A DNA stretch of 64,000 nt from the NCBI GenBank assembly GCA_001724265.1, contig MEDY01000106.1, forward strand, positions 1-64,000, in the 5' to 3' direction. Positions 62,806 through 64,000 of the stretch are shown one piece after another. Below the pieces are notes generated by a model that had not been told where the DNA came from, did no database searches, and saw only the letters and a program-made list of their open reading frames with translations. The stretch comes from Rhizaria sp. SCN 62-66. Lineage: Eukaryota. The translations under genes and the position numbers were made by a program. Every line of letters starts with the position of its first letter. Position 1 is the first letter of the stretch.

Positions 62806-62809
62806 GAAG

Positions 62810-62890
62810 TGTGCTAGACGGGGTTCGAACCCGCGCGTCCGGAGACACTACGGCCTTAACGTAGCACATTAACCACTTTGTTACCAGCAC
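62810..62890 (-). tRNA. tRNA-Leu(AAG), intronless, long variable arm
   Basis: Cloverleaf: acceptor GTGCTGG/CTAGCAC+A, D arm ACA-AAGTGGTTAA-TGT, anticodon arm CTACG-TTAAGGC-CGTAG, variable arm GTC-TCCG-GAC, T arm GCGGG-TTCGAAC-CCCGT. Confidence 0.95.
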
Positions 62891-63398
62891 AGATAAGAAT
62901 TTGCGATTTGAACGCGATTTTCTTGACTAACGGCCTGAATCTATGGTATAGATACTTACTTTAAATATCCAACACTTTTAAAAGAGCTCTCACGTGTATG
63001 TAAGACATTTTGCATTCATTCTGTCGAAATGTTGTACGAAGGTTGCATTTGAAGGCTTATATTCAACTAGAGTAAAATAATATTAAAAATGGTCTCAGTT
63101 GGGATTGTTCAAGCTGATCTGTGTAGTTTGTGAGCCTTCACGGTTAAGAGGTGCAAAGTAGCGAGGACAGAACAAATACTAGTAGAAGCTGTATTCCGAT
63201 CATATTAGAGATAGGTATTGAAGGGTCTTTAAAAGCAATATATAATATTATTAATGAATTGATAATGCAGATACACATTTTAACTAATGTAACTTCTAAA
63301 CAATCCAAGCTTCACAACAGCTTCGTTTTCGCAGGAGGCAGTTATGGCGACTGCTACTCTCAAACATACAGTACAACATAAACAGCTTAACTGACGCT

Positions 63399-64000
63399 TT
63401 AGTTGTTGTTGCTATTCTTGTTTTCCCAGTTCTCGGCCAAAGCAAGCAACTTGCTCTCCAGCACACCACCACCCACAACATTGGCACTGGCACTCTTGTC
63501 ACTTTGCACATCATTGCCGTCGCTGCCATCGCACTTCACGGCATTACTCTGTTGCGACTGCGACTGTAACTGTTGCTGCTGCTTCAGCAGCGCACGTGCA
63601 GCGGTGACGGCCTTGGCCCTCTCCACCCGCTCCTTCTTCTCCTGATTGCTCACCCAGATCTTTCGCAGCTCGGCCGCAAAGTTGGCGAAAATGGCGAAGA
63701 AGCGGCACCAGTCCTGGGCAAAGGGCGGAATCGGCACCACGGGCGGGTACTTAGACGCGTCTAAGGGCGGCACTTCGCCCAAGTACTGTAGCACGGTCAG
63801 CACGGCCTCGTCGGCGGCTTGATATAAAACACTCAGTTCCTCCAGTGTCCGCGACAGGGACTGTGCGATGGTGCTGACGCGACTCTTCTCAGCATCTTCA
63901 GCCTCAGCGGGGTTGGGAGGAGCACTTCCATCTTCGCTCGCACTTGCAGTCGCACTCGCGTTACTGGTAGTGTTGTTGTTGTTTTTAAGTTTAGCCGCTA
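63399..64000 (-). CDS. formin (FH2 domain) C-terminal end, partial
   Basis: Frame is open to the window edge: LEELSVLYQAADEAVLTVLQYLGE..RFFAIFANFAAELRKIWVSNQEKKERVERAK matches the FH2 C-terminal pattern YfGE..FFxxFxxF..N. Ends in TAA. Confidence 0.75.
   Translation of the reverse strand, partial: AAKLKNNNNTTSNASATASASEDGSAPPNPAEAEDAEKSRVSTIAQSLSRTLEELSVLYQAADEAVLTVLQYLGEVPPLDASKYPPVVPIPPFAQDWCRFFAIFANFAAELRKIWVSNQEKKERVERAKAVTAARALLKQQQQLQSQSQQSNAVKCDGSDGNDVQSDKSASANVVGGGVLESKLLALAENWENKNSNNN

Noticed and set aside
62810-62890. tRNA as the possible UAG suppressor
   Set aside because: The anticodon loop TTAAGGC gives AAG (Leu, CUN codons), not CUA. It is an ordinary tRNA-Leu.

Overview
Gene-dense, intron-containing nuclear DNA of a flagellated microbial eukaryote: GC-rich exons, AT-rich GT-AG introns of mostly ~150-260 nt, donors mostly GTACG. 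Fifteen protein-coding genes were modelled by hand: RPL12 (partial), Rab-GDI, UTP23, a giant CFAP57-like WD40/coiled-coil protein, a giant membrane class III (guanylyl-like) cyclase, a PA-domain protein, CCT3, an mS41/IGR-domain protein, an SH3-zinc ribbon-CaaX protein, a 1700-aa low-complexity protein, RBM28/NOP4, V-ATPase subunit G, an ELMO-domain protein, a small unknown protein and a formin 3' end. There is also one tRNA-Leu(AAG). The main finding is evidence for a non-standard nuclear genetic code. Six in-frame TAG codons occur inside three otherwise continuous genes, mostly in Gln-rich tracts, while all 14 inferred termination codons are TAA or TGA. This points to UAG being a sense codon (Gln favoured, Leu not excluded) with UAA still a stop. 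Secondary signals are two short DNA words dispersed through unrelated exons and UTRs (TAAGGGGGTACTTA and GCTCACGGTCAC), a recurrent CCGACCG promoter word, and several non-coding hairpin or snoRNA candidates. Gene models and family calls come from manual reading and motif recognition only; no searches were run.
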